A stretch of DNA of 32,000 bases from a bacterium (lineage in GTDB: Bacteria > UBP7 > UBA6624 > JBBIMK01): NCBI GenBank assembly GCA_037444445.1, contig JBBIMK010000016.1:16800-48799 (forward strand), written 5' to 3'. This document shows, one piece after another, positions 11,193 through 18,137 of this stretch. Position 1 is the stretch's first letter. The number at the start of each line of letters is the position of its first letter. The translations under genes and the position numbers were made by a program. The notes under the pieces are model-generated. The model ran no database searches. It was given only the letters and a program-made list of their open reading frames with translations, and was not told where the DNA came from.

Positions 11193-11456
11193 TCAAGGAG
11201 TTTCCTCAACGATTTTGAACACCGAATCCAACTCATGCACCGGCTCAATCACCTGTAATCCAATCACCTGACCGGGCAGGGCTTCCTGAACCTTCTGATG
11301 CTCAATTTCCATAGATGTGACAGGCTGTGTAAAGTCGGTGTGCTTCCCCCGGATGCGAATGAGGTCTCCCACTTTCAAGGGGGCAAGGGTAATTTCCACG
11401 ATAGCCACCCCGATTTTCTTGTAAAAATGCGTAATTTTCCCCACTTCTGTCTCCAT
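11193..11456 (-). CDS. small EF-Tu domain-2-like protein (translation elongation factor-like protein)
   Basis: 87-aa ORF, METEVGKITHFYKKIGVAIVEITLAPLKVGDLIRIRG..., a beta-barrel pattern like EF-Tu domain 2. An AGGAGG RBS lies 7 nt upstream of the ATG. Confidence 0.6.
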   Translation of the reverse strand: METEVGKITHFYKKIGVAIVEITLAPLKVGDLIRIRGKHTDFTQPVTSMEIEHQKVQEALPGQVIGLQVIEPVHELDSVFKIVEETP

Positions 11457-11478
11457 CCCTTCACACCTCCTGACAGAT

Positions 11479-11487
11479 ATTATACCA
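11479..11487 (-). promoter_or_regulatory. candidate extended -10 promoter element (TGgTATAAT) for the 87-aa gene
   Basis: The minus strand reads TGGTATAAT (11487-11479), about 22 nt upstream of the ATG at 11456 and just upstream of the AGGAGG RBS. Motif match only. Confidence 0.3.
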
Positions 11488-11531
11488 CACCTGAACCCGG
11501 AAGGCTGACGATTAGATTTGAGGGGCGCTCT

Positions 11532-12527
11532 TTACGGCAGGCTGGATCCCTCTAATGCGGTTGTAAGAGGAGCCATTTTTACAGGCGCGGTTTCCGGCAC
11601 CATTTCTATCCAGGTGACGCCCGCAGGGAGCATCAGCGCCGCCCCGCTGGGATAATAATAAATGGTTCTATCGGAAAGGGAAGATTTTTGCCAGCGAATC
11701 TCTGCCATTTTCCCGCCCGAAAGAATATATCCCTTCCCACTGCCCACCACTTTCATATCAATTCGCCAGGTCGGGGCTTCATCTATATTCCAGATGGAAG
11801 TGAGTTGAATGAGGATATTCCGGGCTACGATTCGTGAGCCGTCTGAGGCATCATTCTGAGGCTCATCGTTGATGGAGCGAAGGTAAACTCCCCGCGAATC
11901 ATCATAATCCCAGGAAACACTGTTGGGAACTTTCGTGCTGATATGAAATGAGATTTCCAGATGGTGTACATTTTTTTCACCGCGGATTTCAGCCCCTGGA
12001 GAGAAAAACAGCACCCGAGAATTTCCATGATTGCCGGAGCCCCATCCATTCATTTCGGCCATTTTCCGTGCCTTTTCCGCGCTCACATAAGCATTATAGG
12101 GCGCCTTTCTGCTGGTGCTTCGGAAGAATATGCCCTGAGTGTTCGGGTCAATGCCATCCAGGTGGTTAATCCCCATTACCACAAGGTCATTCCAGGCTCG
12201 GGGGCTACCGCCGTAATGAATCAAAAAGGCCTGATGCTCCTGGATGTAAGGAAGAAAATAGTGGCGGGCAGAACGCACAGGCCCGATAACAGCGGGAGGT
12301 TCGTTGTAAAAGAAGGCAAGATACCGGGTAATGCCTCCTTCCACTCGGAACTCATACACGATGTCCGCTTTAGAAAGCCCCGTTTGCGGACGAGACATTG
12401 CCACATTATCTATCACCACCGCCATCACACGATGATTCCCGTTAGCGTTCGCCGGGAAATAAGTCAGAATGAGGAAAACAAAAATGGCAAACCCCTGCAC
12501 CTTGACCCTCCATCCCCGTTCTCTCAT
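11532..12527 (-). CDS. DUF3048 domain-containing protein (YerB-like, secreted or membrane-anchored)
   Basis: 331 aa with an N-terminal signal anchor (FAIFVFLILTYFPANA). It carries the characteristic block MAVVIDNVAMSRPQTGLSKADIVYEFRVEGGITRYLAFF...GPVRSARHYF. Confidence 0.8.
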   Translation of the reverse strand: MRERGWRVKVQGFAIFVFLILTYFPANANGNHRVMAVVIDNVAMSRPQTGLSKADIVYEFRVEGGITRYLAFFYNEPPAVIGPVRSARHYFLPYIQEHQAFLIHYGGSPRAWNDLVVMGINHLDGIDPNTQGIFFRSTSRKAPYNAYVSAEKARKMAEMNGWGSGNHGNSRVLFFSPGAEIRGEKNVHHLEISFHISTKVPNSVSWDYDDSRGVYLRSINDEPQNDASDGSRIVARNILIQLTSIWNIDEAPTWRIDMKVVGSGKGYILSGGKMAEIRWQKSSLSDRTIYYYPSGAALMLPAGVTWIEMVPETAPVKMAPLTTALEGSSLP

Positions 12528-12848
12528 ATTCTCATCCTCCCTCTCTCCATTGAGTTTCTCTCCCGCACTATGTTCATTACTCTGTGCATCATTTTTTCAT
12601 TATATCATATAATAGCCTGCATAGCGTTACATTATCTGATAATTATGCTCACTTCAAAAATCAGTCAAAAGAAACGAGAGATAGGGTAGTAAATAGAAAA
12701 TAAAAATAGAGGAAAGCAGGCAGATGCCTGAATTCGTTGAAGTATTTCTGTTCTCCAGGTGAGGCCATTTGATTTAGAAGCGATGATAAATTGGAAAGAC
12801 TGGTTTGTAATAGAGAGTGAAAGGTTCGCGCAAAGGAGGCATTTGGAG

Positions 12849-13076
12849 ATGTGGAAAGAAAGGATTGTATCGGCCCCGGCAATTTGTGGAGGTGAGCCAT
12901 GCATCCGAAATACTCGTATTCCAGTGCATATTATTTTGAGTCATCTGGCGGGAGGGGATGATATGGAGACGATTTTGAAGAACTTTCCCCGTCTCGGGCG
13001 AGAAGATATTCAAGCCTGTCTTGAATTTGCTTCTTATCTTGCCACTGAAAAAGAAATCCCGGTAAAGTCCCCTTGA
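12849..13076 (+). CDS. DUF433 domain-containing protein (antitoxin-like)
   Basis: The ATG at 12849 is preceded by AGGAGG 9 nt upstream. The 75-aa product MWKERIVSAPAICGGEPCIRNTRIPVHIILSHLAGGDDMETILKNFPRLGREDIQACLEFA carries the DUF433 core (ICGGxPxIxGTRIPV...IL..yP.L..EDI.AaL). The ORF track extends it to a GTG at 12759. Confidence 0.8.
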   Translation: MWKERIVSAPAICGGEPCIRNTRIPVHIILSHLAGGDDMETILKNFPRLGREDIQACLEFASYLATEKEIPVKSP

Positions 13077-13079
13077 CAC

Positions 13080-13218
13080 TTTTTGTCCGCCCGAGAAGCC
13101 CTGCCCGTTCTATCACTTTCGTATTTCGGCTATGATACTGCCCGAAGGGCAATTTACAATACAATTGAAACGCCAGGCTTAACACCTTCTTGGACCAATC
13201 TTTAGTAGATCTTCCCAT
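13080..13218 (-). pseudogene. 5' remnant of an HNH/restriction-type endonuclease gene (COG3183-like N-terminus only)
   Basis: The ATG at 13218 gives MGRSTKDWSKKVLSLAFQLYCKLPFGQYHSRNTKVIERAGLLGRT. This matches the conserved N-terminal block of that family as I recall it (W..eE..LAl.LYcklPFGk.HsrNpeiIelA.liGRT). The similarity stops where the frame runs antisense into the DUF433 gene, and no HNH catalytic region follows. Confidence 0.5.
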
Positions 13219-13264
13219 TTACTCAACAGGATTTTGAAACGGTCTCAACAATGCATCATGAGAG

Positions 13265-13973
13265 TCAAGGGTGGGGAACCCAAAATCCATCTTTTAAATT
13301 GCAATAATACTTTTGTGGTGGATAGCATCCATTAATGGACGTACCAAAGGCTGTTTTACCAGAATACTGAATAGTAACTTCAAGAGTAATCAAATTCATT
13401 TCTTCATCAGGATTTGCTTTTGCTTCTTCCCACAATTCTTCCACACTGGTATTGTTTTCTTTCAGTAATTTCTCAAACCAGCCTGTGTATCCTGTATAAG
13501 TTAACCCCGGCCAACAGGTCCAAGCCTCTTCTCCATTATACTTTTGTCCGAAAACATGGCTCTATTCCCTTTTATTTGGGGATTCAGATTGACCTTGATT
13601 TTGAGGGGAATTTTAGACTTATTAGTAATAATCACCCGTGGTTGCATATGCGACGGTCGTGGCTCGGGTAGGCCTGCCCATGGCTCTTGTGGTATTAACT
13701 GGAATAATATACTTGGGGTTAGTTCTACATCAATAAGACTTTTCGTAGCATTAGCTGTTTCTTGCCCTGATTTCGCTATTTGACCTGTATATATAACATA
13801 TAATACAAGACCTGAAAGAGAACCTCCCAGAAGAAGTATCTGTGCAATTGTTGCAAGTTCACCCACATTATTCTGAGCAACTCTCCACTGATGATATAAA
13901 AAACAACCAAAATAATGGTGAAACCGAGAATCAGAAGTGGCAACCAAAATAAGCGTGGGCGCGTTCCCGCCAT
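13265..13973 (-). pseudogene. frameshifted gene for a membrane-anchored protein of unknown function
   Basis: Coding-like sequence is split over frames. One frame gives MAGTRPRLFWLPLLILGFTIILVVFYII (ATG 13973). A second gives ...VGELATIAQILLLGGSLSGLVLYVIYTG...VIITNKSKIPLKIKVNLNPQIKGNR. A third is start-less, open from 13561: SHVFGQKYNGEEAWTCWPGLTYTGYTGWFEKLLKENNTSVEELWEEAKANPDEE...CYPPQKYYCNLKDGFWVPHP, stopping at 13265. At least one and probably two frameshifts. Confidence 0.35.
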
Positions 13974-14006
13974 CGGAAGGTATTATATCATACGAGCCAG
14001 AAAAGG

Positions 14007-14488
14007 ATGTGGCTAATAGGGGAAGCAACAGTGGGGATGAGGGAATTGCCTGTGGAATTGCAAGATCTGGTGGTGGATACTGCCGCCACTTATACAGTTT
14101 TACCCAGGAAAGTGCTGGAATCACTGGGTGTGACAGCTAAAAGCCGTGTGGAGATAGGGATTGCGGATGGATCCGTGATTTACCGTGGTATGGGAGAGAA
14201 GTGCGATTGAAATTCAATGGGGAAGTAATGTTCGTGCCAGTTATTTTCGGTGAAGCCGGTGATGTTACTGTTCTTGGAGTCACGGCTCTGGAAATTTTTC
14301 GTTTGACTGTGGATGCTGTGAATCAACGGCTGGTGCCTACTCGCTTGCTCTGGCTTGTTTATACCTTTTTTGTGAATGACTTGCAGGATGATGAAATGTA
14401 TGAGAAAGGAGATGTAACGAGTGCGGAGTGGGGAGTGCGGGGTGCGGAATTGGAAAGTTCTCAGAAGAAGCTTAACGAGATGGAATAG
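14007..14488 (+). pseudogene. retropepsin-like aspartic protease, disrupted by a -1 frameshift near 14195-14205
   Basis: Frame 1 (14007-14210) gives ...VELQDLVVDTAATYTVLPRKVLESLGVTAKSRVEIGIADGSVIYRGMGEKCD*. Frame 2 (from 14201) gives VRLKFNGEVMFVPVIFGEAGDVTVLGVTALEIFRLTVDAVNQRLVPT. Joined, they align collinearly with the intact 119-aa protease at 19600-19959. The active-site triad reads DTA rather than DTG. Confidence 0.65.
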
Positions 14489-14687
14489 AGCCGGTGAGAA
14501 GTTCCACCTGGACCTTCTTTTCTTCCCTGGCACGCTGGGAAAATCGTAGGATTTCTATCCCCAGCACTTCACCTTTCGCGTCAAAGTCAGCAAGAATTCC
14601 AGATGCTACTTCCTCCGTGTGGTCAATGGAACCTTCTGCAAGGTAAATATAAATTGCATCCACAGATGGGTCGTAAGTGATTTTCAT
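14472..14687 (-). CDS. DUF2283 domain-containing protein (putative antitoxin)
   Basis: The ATG at 14687 is preceded by GGAGGA 7 nt upstream. The product MKITYDPSVDAIYIYLAEGSIDHTEEV...GEVLGIEIL shows the DUF2283 pattern. The ORF track extends it upstream to 14765 without support. Confidence 0.8.
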   Translation of the reverse strand: MKITYDPSVDAIYIYLAEGSIDHTEEVASGILADFDAKGEVLGIEILRFSQRAREEKKVQVELLTGSIPSR

Positions 14688-14952
14688 TTTTCTTTCCTCC
14701 AGTATTTTTGGACTTTTGATGGAACATAAACTGTTGCAACCGCAAGCCCCCAGGCGTCTCATCAAAAAATATTCTTACCAGGTATTCTTTTTCAGGTTGG
14801 ACAAGTAAATGAATTTTCTTCTGCGCTACCTTCATTCCTTCTTCCATTATAATCTGGTCAGGATTTTGAAGGCAATCCATCACAGTTTCAACAGCAATTT
14901 TCCTTTCTTCCAGCCTTCTCAGGCAGTGCTCACTAATGTGGATGGTTTTCAT
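14623..14952 (-). CDS. DUF4258 domain-containing protein (putative toxin)
   Basis: The ATG at 14952 is preceded by GAGGGA 4 nt upstream. The product MKTIHISEHCLRRLEERKIAVETVMDCLQNPDQIIMEEGMKVAQKK...YLVRIFFDETPGG shows the DUF4258 pattern (H...R..eRgI....v...l). An alternative ATG lies at 15006. The 3' end overlaps the DUF2283 gene by 65 nt. Confidence 0.7.
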   Translation of the reverse strand: MKTIHISEHCLRRLEERKIAVETVMDCLQNPDQIIMEEGMKVAQKKIHLLVQPEKEYLVRIFFDETPGGLRLQQFMFHQKSKNTGGKKNENHLRPICGCNLYLPCRRFH

Positions 14953-15112
14953 TTGTTCCCTCGTGTGCAACAAGATTATATCAGGACACTCAGGCGTTTC
15001 CCTCATTCTATTCCCCTTCTCCCGGTAGGAATTGTCGGGACTTTCTTCCTGCGGTCGGTCGCTCTGCGGGAGAGGAAGCTTGGATTAGCGGATGTGGTAA
15101 AATAGCAGAGGT

Positions 15113-16231
15113 ATGGGGGAGAGGATGAAAAGAAAAAACTTAAAAATTTTGTTTGTTTTATTTCTGTGGGTGTTTCCTTTATTCTATTTTTCTACTGGAG
15201 GGGAGGCTGTGACCAGGGAAGGATATTCTTACTGGGTGGGGAAGCAGGCGCCGGAAATAAATGGTGGAACCGCCTGGATCAACTCCAAACCTCTTACTCT
15301 GATGGAGTTAAGAGGGAAGGTGGTGCTGGTAGACATCTGGGAGTATACCTGTGTGAATTGCCTTCGCACCCTGCCTTATATTCAGGAGTGGCACAAGCGA
15401 TATGCGAAGGATGGGCTGGTAATTATTGGCGTCCACGCCCCGGAGTTTGAGTTCGGAAAGAGACTGGAGAATGTGGCACAATCCGTGAAGGACCTGGGGA
15501 TTGAATATCCGGTGGTTCTGGATAATGATTTTCGCATCTGGCGGGCTTTTGCCAATCAATTCTGGCCCCGGAAATTCCTGATTGACGCTCAAGGAATTAT
15601 CCGGTACGACCACGCGGGTGAGGGTGATTATCAGCGGACGGAGGGCGTTATTCAGCAGTTGTTGAAAGAAATTCATCCCAACTTGAAATTTCCCAAGCCC
15701 CTCCCTTATCTCCGGGGCGAGGATAAGCCAGGAGCCGTGTGCTATCCGATGACGCCGGAGACTTATGCGGGTAGCAGGAGGGGGAAATTCAGCTTCCTCG
15801 TGCATCCAGATTCGTCCTATCTTTATAAAGATTCTCGCCATTATGAGGATGGGCAAATTGTCCTGAACGGGCTGTTTACCGTATATTCCGACAGAACGGT
15901 TCATTCCCGCTCTACGAATAACTTTCAGGACTATCTGGCTCTCAAGTTTCATGCTTCAGAAGTGAATGCAGTATTGAAGCCAGAAAAATCCTCCCCTTTC
16001 GTCATCTATGTGACCCTGAATGATGAGCCTGTGCCGGAAGTTATGAGAGGCGCGGACATCCAGGTGGACCCGGAGGGAAAAACCTTTATGGAAATCAATC
16101 AGCCAAGAATGTATAAAATCATTTACGGACAGCAGTGGGGAACTTATGTCCTGAAACTTTACACAGATTCACCTGATTTTGCCATCTATGCCTTTACCTT
16201 TGGCTCTTGTCTCATGCCCGGGAGGGAATAG
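15113..16231 (+). CDS. secreted thioredoxin-like redoxin, DipZ C-terminal-domain family (TlpA-like domain plus C-terminal beta-sandwich)
   Basis: 372 aa with a signal anchor (LKILFVLFLWVFPLFYF). Redox motif WEYTCVNCLRTLPYIQEWHKRY (CxxC). DipZ-type blocks VIGVHAPEFEF, YPVVLDNDFRIW and WPRKFLIDAQG. The start could be the ATG at 15125. Confidence 0.85.
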   Translation: MGERMKRKNLKILFVLFLWVFPLFYFSTGGEAVTREGYSYWVGKQAPEINGGTAWINSKPLTLMELRGKVVLVDIWEYTCVNCLRTLPYIQEWHKRYAKDGLVIIGVHAPEFEFGKRLENVAQSVKDLGIEYPVVLDNDFRIWRAFANQFWPRKFLIDAQGIIRYDHAGEGDYQRTEGVIQQLLKEIHPNLKFPKPLPYLRGEDKPGAVCYPMTPETYAGSRRGKFSFLVHPDSSYLYKDSRHYEDGQIVLNGLFTVYSDRTVHSRSTNNFQDYLALKFHASEVNAVLKPEKSSPFVIYVTLNDEPVPEVMRGADIQVDPEGKTFMEINQPRMYKIIYGQQWGTYVLKLYTDSPDFAIYAFTFGSCLMPGRE

Positions 16232-16322
16232 AGAATAGGGAAGAGGTAGAGAATCCTGGGCGAGCAAGGGTGCTTTGCTACTTTGCCCCCCACAAAATTT
16301 CAGATGTTATCATTTTCATTGG

Positions 16323-17276
16323 ATGGACGGGGTAGAAGAGAGAATCAAGCAGAAGGCAAAAGAAATTGGGTTTGACCTGGTGGGGATTACTACCGCAGAC
16401 CCTCCTCAACATAGCGATTTTTACCTGTGGTGGCTTTCTCAGGGCTACTCAGGTGAAATGCAATATATGGCACGAACGGTGAAAAAAAGGATAAACCCTC
16501 AACAGGTTCTCCCCGGTGCAAAATCTATTCTCTGCGTAGCACTCAATTACTTTACCCGGGACCGCCCCTTTTTTCCCGAAAGGCGAGTAGCAAATGAGAA
16601 AACAGGCTACATCGCTCGCTATGCCTGGGGAGAGGATTATCACCGCATCCTGGAGAAGAAATTGAAGGCTCTTCTGAAATATATCCAGGGGGAGATACAG
16701 GGCGTCAGAGGCAAATGTTATGTGGATACAGGACCTGTGCTGGAACGGGAATATGCAGAAAGAGCGGGCATTGGATGGGTGGGAAAAAACACCTGCCTCA
16801 TCAGTCCTCATCTGGGTTCTTATCTCTTTCTCGGTGTGATTCTATTAGATGTGGAACTACAGCCAGATGAGCCGATGACTGACCACTGTGGAACCTGTCA
16901 GTTGTGCATTCAAGCCTGCCCCACGAGTGCATTGAAAGAACCGTATGTTCTGGATGCTCGCCGGTGTATTTCTTATCTGACCATTGAGCACCGGGGAGAA
17001 ATTCAGGAGGACCTAAAACCCTTGATGGATAAATGGGTTTTCGGGTGCGACATCTGCCAGGAAGTCTGCCCCTGGAATGCGAATGCGAAACCTACCACTG
17101 GAGAGGCTTTTTACCCACGCCCGGACACATTGGTGCCAGATTTACTCCAGCTGGCTTCCTTGACCGAGGAAGAATTCAAACAGCGATTCGGAAAGAGCGC
17201 AATAAAGAGGGCAGGATGGAGGGGATTGCGTCGGAATGCTCAAATCGCCCTGAAGAATGCCAATAACGAAGGATGA
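16323..17276 (+). CDS. queG: tRNA epoxyqueuosine(34) reductase QueG
   Basis: Begins MDGVEERIKQKAKEIGFDLVGITTADP. Two ferredoxin-type clusters, CGTCQLCIQACP and CDICQEVCPWN, plus a C-terminal HEAT-like tail (IKRAGWRGLRRNAQIAL). The ORF track begins at an upstream TTG (16275). Confidence 0.92.
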   Translation: MDGVEERIKQKAKEIGFDLVGITTADPPQHSDFYLWWLSQGYSGEMQYMARTVKKRINPQQVLPGAKSILCVALNYFTRDRPFFPERRVANEKTGYIARYAWGEDYHRILEKKLKALLKYIQGEIQGVRGKCYVDTGPVLEREYAERAGIGWVGKNTCLISPHLGSYLFLGVILLDVELQPDEPMTDHCGTCQLCIQACPTSALKEPYVLDARRCISYLTIEHRGEIQEDLKPLMDKWVFGCDICQEVCPWNANAKPTTGEAFYPRPDTLVPDLLQLASLTEEEFKQRFGKSAIKRAGWRGLRRNAQIALKNANNEG

Positions 17277-17323
17277 AGACTTCTTGCTGTGCCCCTTCCA
17301 CGAGAAGAAGGCCCCCTTCCACT

Positions 17324-18031
17324 TTATATTCGCTGAAGACGGGATTTTAACTGCTTCAGGATTTTTTCCGGGTCAGGGTGAGTGTAAACCCCTCTGCCCA
17401 AAATGAGCATATCTGCCCCGAGGGATAATGCTTCCGAAATGGTGGCTATCCGTTTTTGGTCATCTGTTTTCGCCTTATCGGAGCCCAGACGAATTCCCGG
17501 GCAGGCGAAAAAAGGAGGTTCCGGGAGGAACTTTCGTAACCCTGGAATGTCGTGTGGTGAGCACACCAACCCTTTTAACCCCGCCTGCAACCCGATGAGA
17601 GCCATCTTTTGAATATATTCCGATGAATCTCTTTCTTTGCAAAACATCATTTGAACATCTGTGGTGTTGAGGCTGGTGAGGAGGGTGACGCCTAAAAGAA
17701 GGAGGGAATCTTGAGCGGCTTCCACGGCTGATTTTATCATCTCACTCCCTCCAGCGATGTGCACCGTCAGAAAATCCACTTCTTCTTTTACGAGTTGTTC
17801 TACGGTTTTTTGGACTGTTCGGGGAATGTCGTGAAGTTTCACATCCACGAACACTTTCCTCCCTTTTTCTTTTATCTTATGAATCCATTCTTTTCCGCCG
17901 GAATAAAAAAGGAACGGAGGAATTTTGAACACATCCACGAAAGGAGCAAACTGCCGGAGATTTTCCTCCGCTTCTATCGGTGAAACATCCAGGGCAAGGG
18001 CTACCAGCGGTGAACGGATAATTTTTTTCAT
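17324..18031 (-). CDS. pyrF: orotidine 5'-phosphate decarboxylase
   Basis: ATG at 18031. Motifs VALALDV, FKIPPFLF, VFVDVKLHDIPRTV and ILGRGVY are typical of PyrF. The ORF-track start (TTG 18061) would overlap the upstream micro-ORF. Confidence 0.9.
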   Translation of the reverse strand: MKKIIRSPLVALALDVSPIEAEENLRQFAPFVDVFKIPPFLFYSGGKEWIHKIKEKGRKVFVDVKLHDIPRTVQKTVEQLVKEEVDFLTVHIAGGSEMIKSAVEAAQDSLLLLGVTLLTSLNTTDVQMMFCKERDSSEYIQKMALIGLQAGLKGLVCSPHDIPGLRKFLPEPPFFACPGIRLGSDKAKTDDQKRIATISEALSLGADMLILGRGVYTHPDPEKILKQLKSRLQRI

Positions 18032-18044
18032 CCCCCTTGTGTTT

Positions 18045-18137
18045 TCATTGCAGTGAAACAAGGCGAGCCACAGTGAACAGAATTAGAGCCACAACCATTA
18101 GAAGAAGAAATGCCCGCACAATCGCGCCTGCGGTCAT
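18045..18137 (-). CDS. candidate 30-aa single-pass membrane micro-protein
   Basis: Encodes MTAGAIVRAFLLLMVVALILFTVARLVSLQ. Its ATG overlaps the surE stop as ATGA (18134-18137), and it ends 13 nt before the pyrF ATG. Below the ORF-track length cut-off. Support is only the coupling geometry and the hydrophobic helix. Confidence 0.3.
   Translation of the reverse strand: MTAGAIVRAFLLLMVVALILFTVARLVSLQ

Noticed and set aside
11961-12689. 242-aa plus-strand ORF antisense to the DUF3048 gene and running into the intergenic region
   Set aside because: It overlaps a recognisable minus-strand gene over most of its length, and the translation has no family resemblance.
12661-12904. Two 79-aa minus-strand ORFs antisense to the DUF433 gene and its leader
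   Set aside because: They overlap each other and the recognisable DUF433 gene, and they are low-complexity Ser/Leu-rich translations.
13501-14124. 207-aa minus-strand ORF taken at face value as one gene
   Set aside because: Its N-terminal ~85 codons run antisense through the protease gene start and look non-coding (Pro/Ser-rich). Only the part below about 13866 looks coding, and that part is better explained as one segment of a frameshifted gene.
14190-14210. Idea that the -1 shift in the aspartic protease gene is a programmed retrovirus-style frameshift
   Set aside because: There is no X-XXY-YYZ slippery heptamer at or near the frame junction (sequence atgggagagaagtgcgattga) and no obvious downstream pseudoknot or hairpin. 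The DTA active site and the read-through C-terminus both argue for decay.
15308-15952. 214-aa minus-strand ORF antisense to the DipZ-like redoxin gene
   Set aside because: Shadow ORF within a well-supported gene, with no motifs and no RBS context.
16232-16322. Possible preQ1-type riboswitch upstream of queG
   Set aside because: I could not find a preQ1-like stem-loop followed by an A-rich tail or any other conserved core. queG is also not a usual preQ1 riboswitch target.
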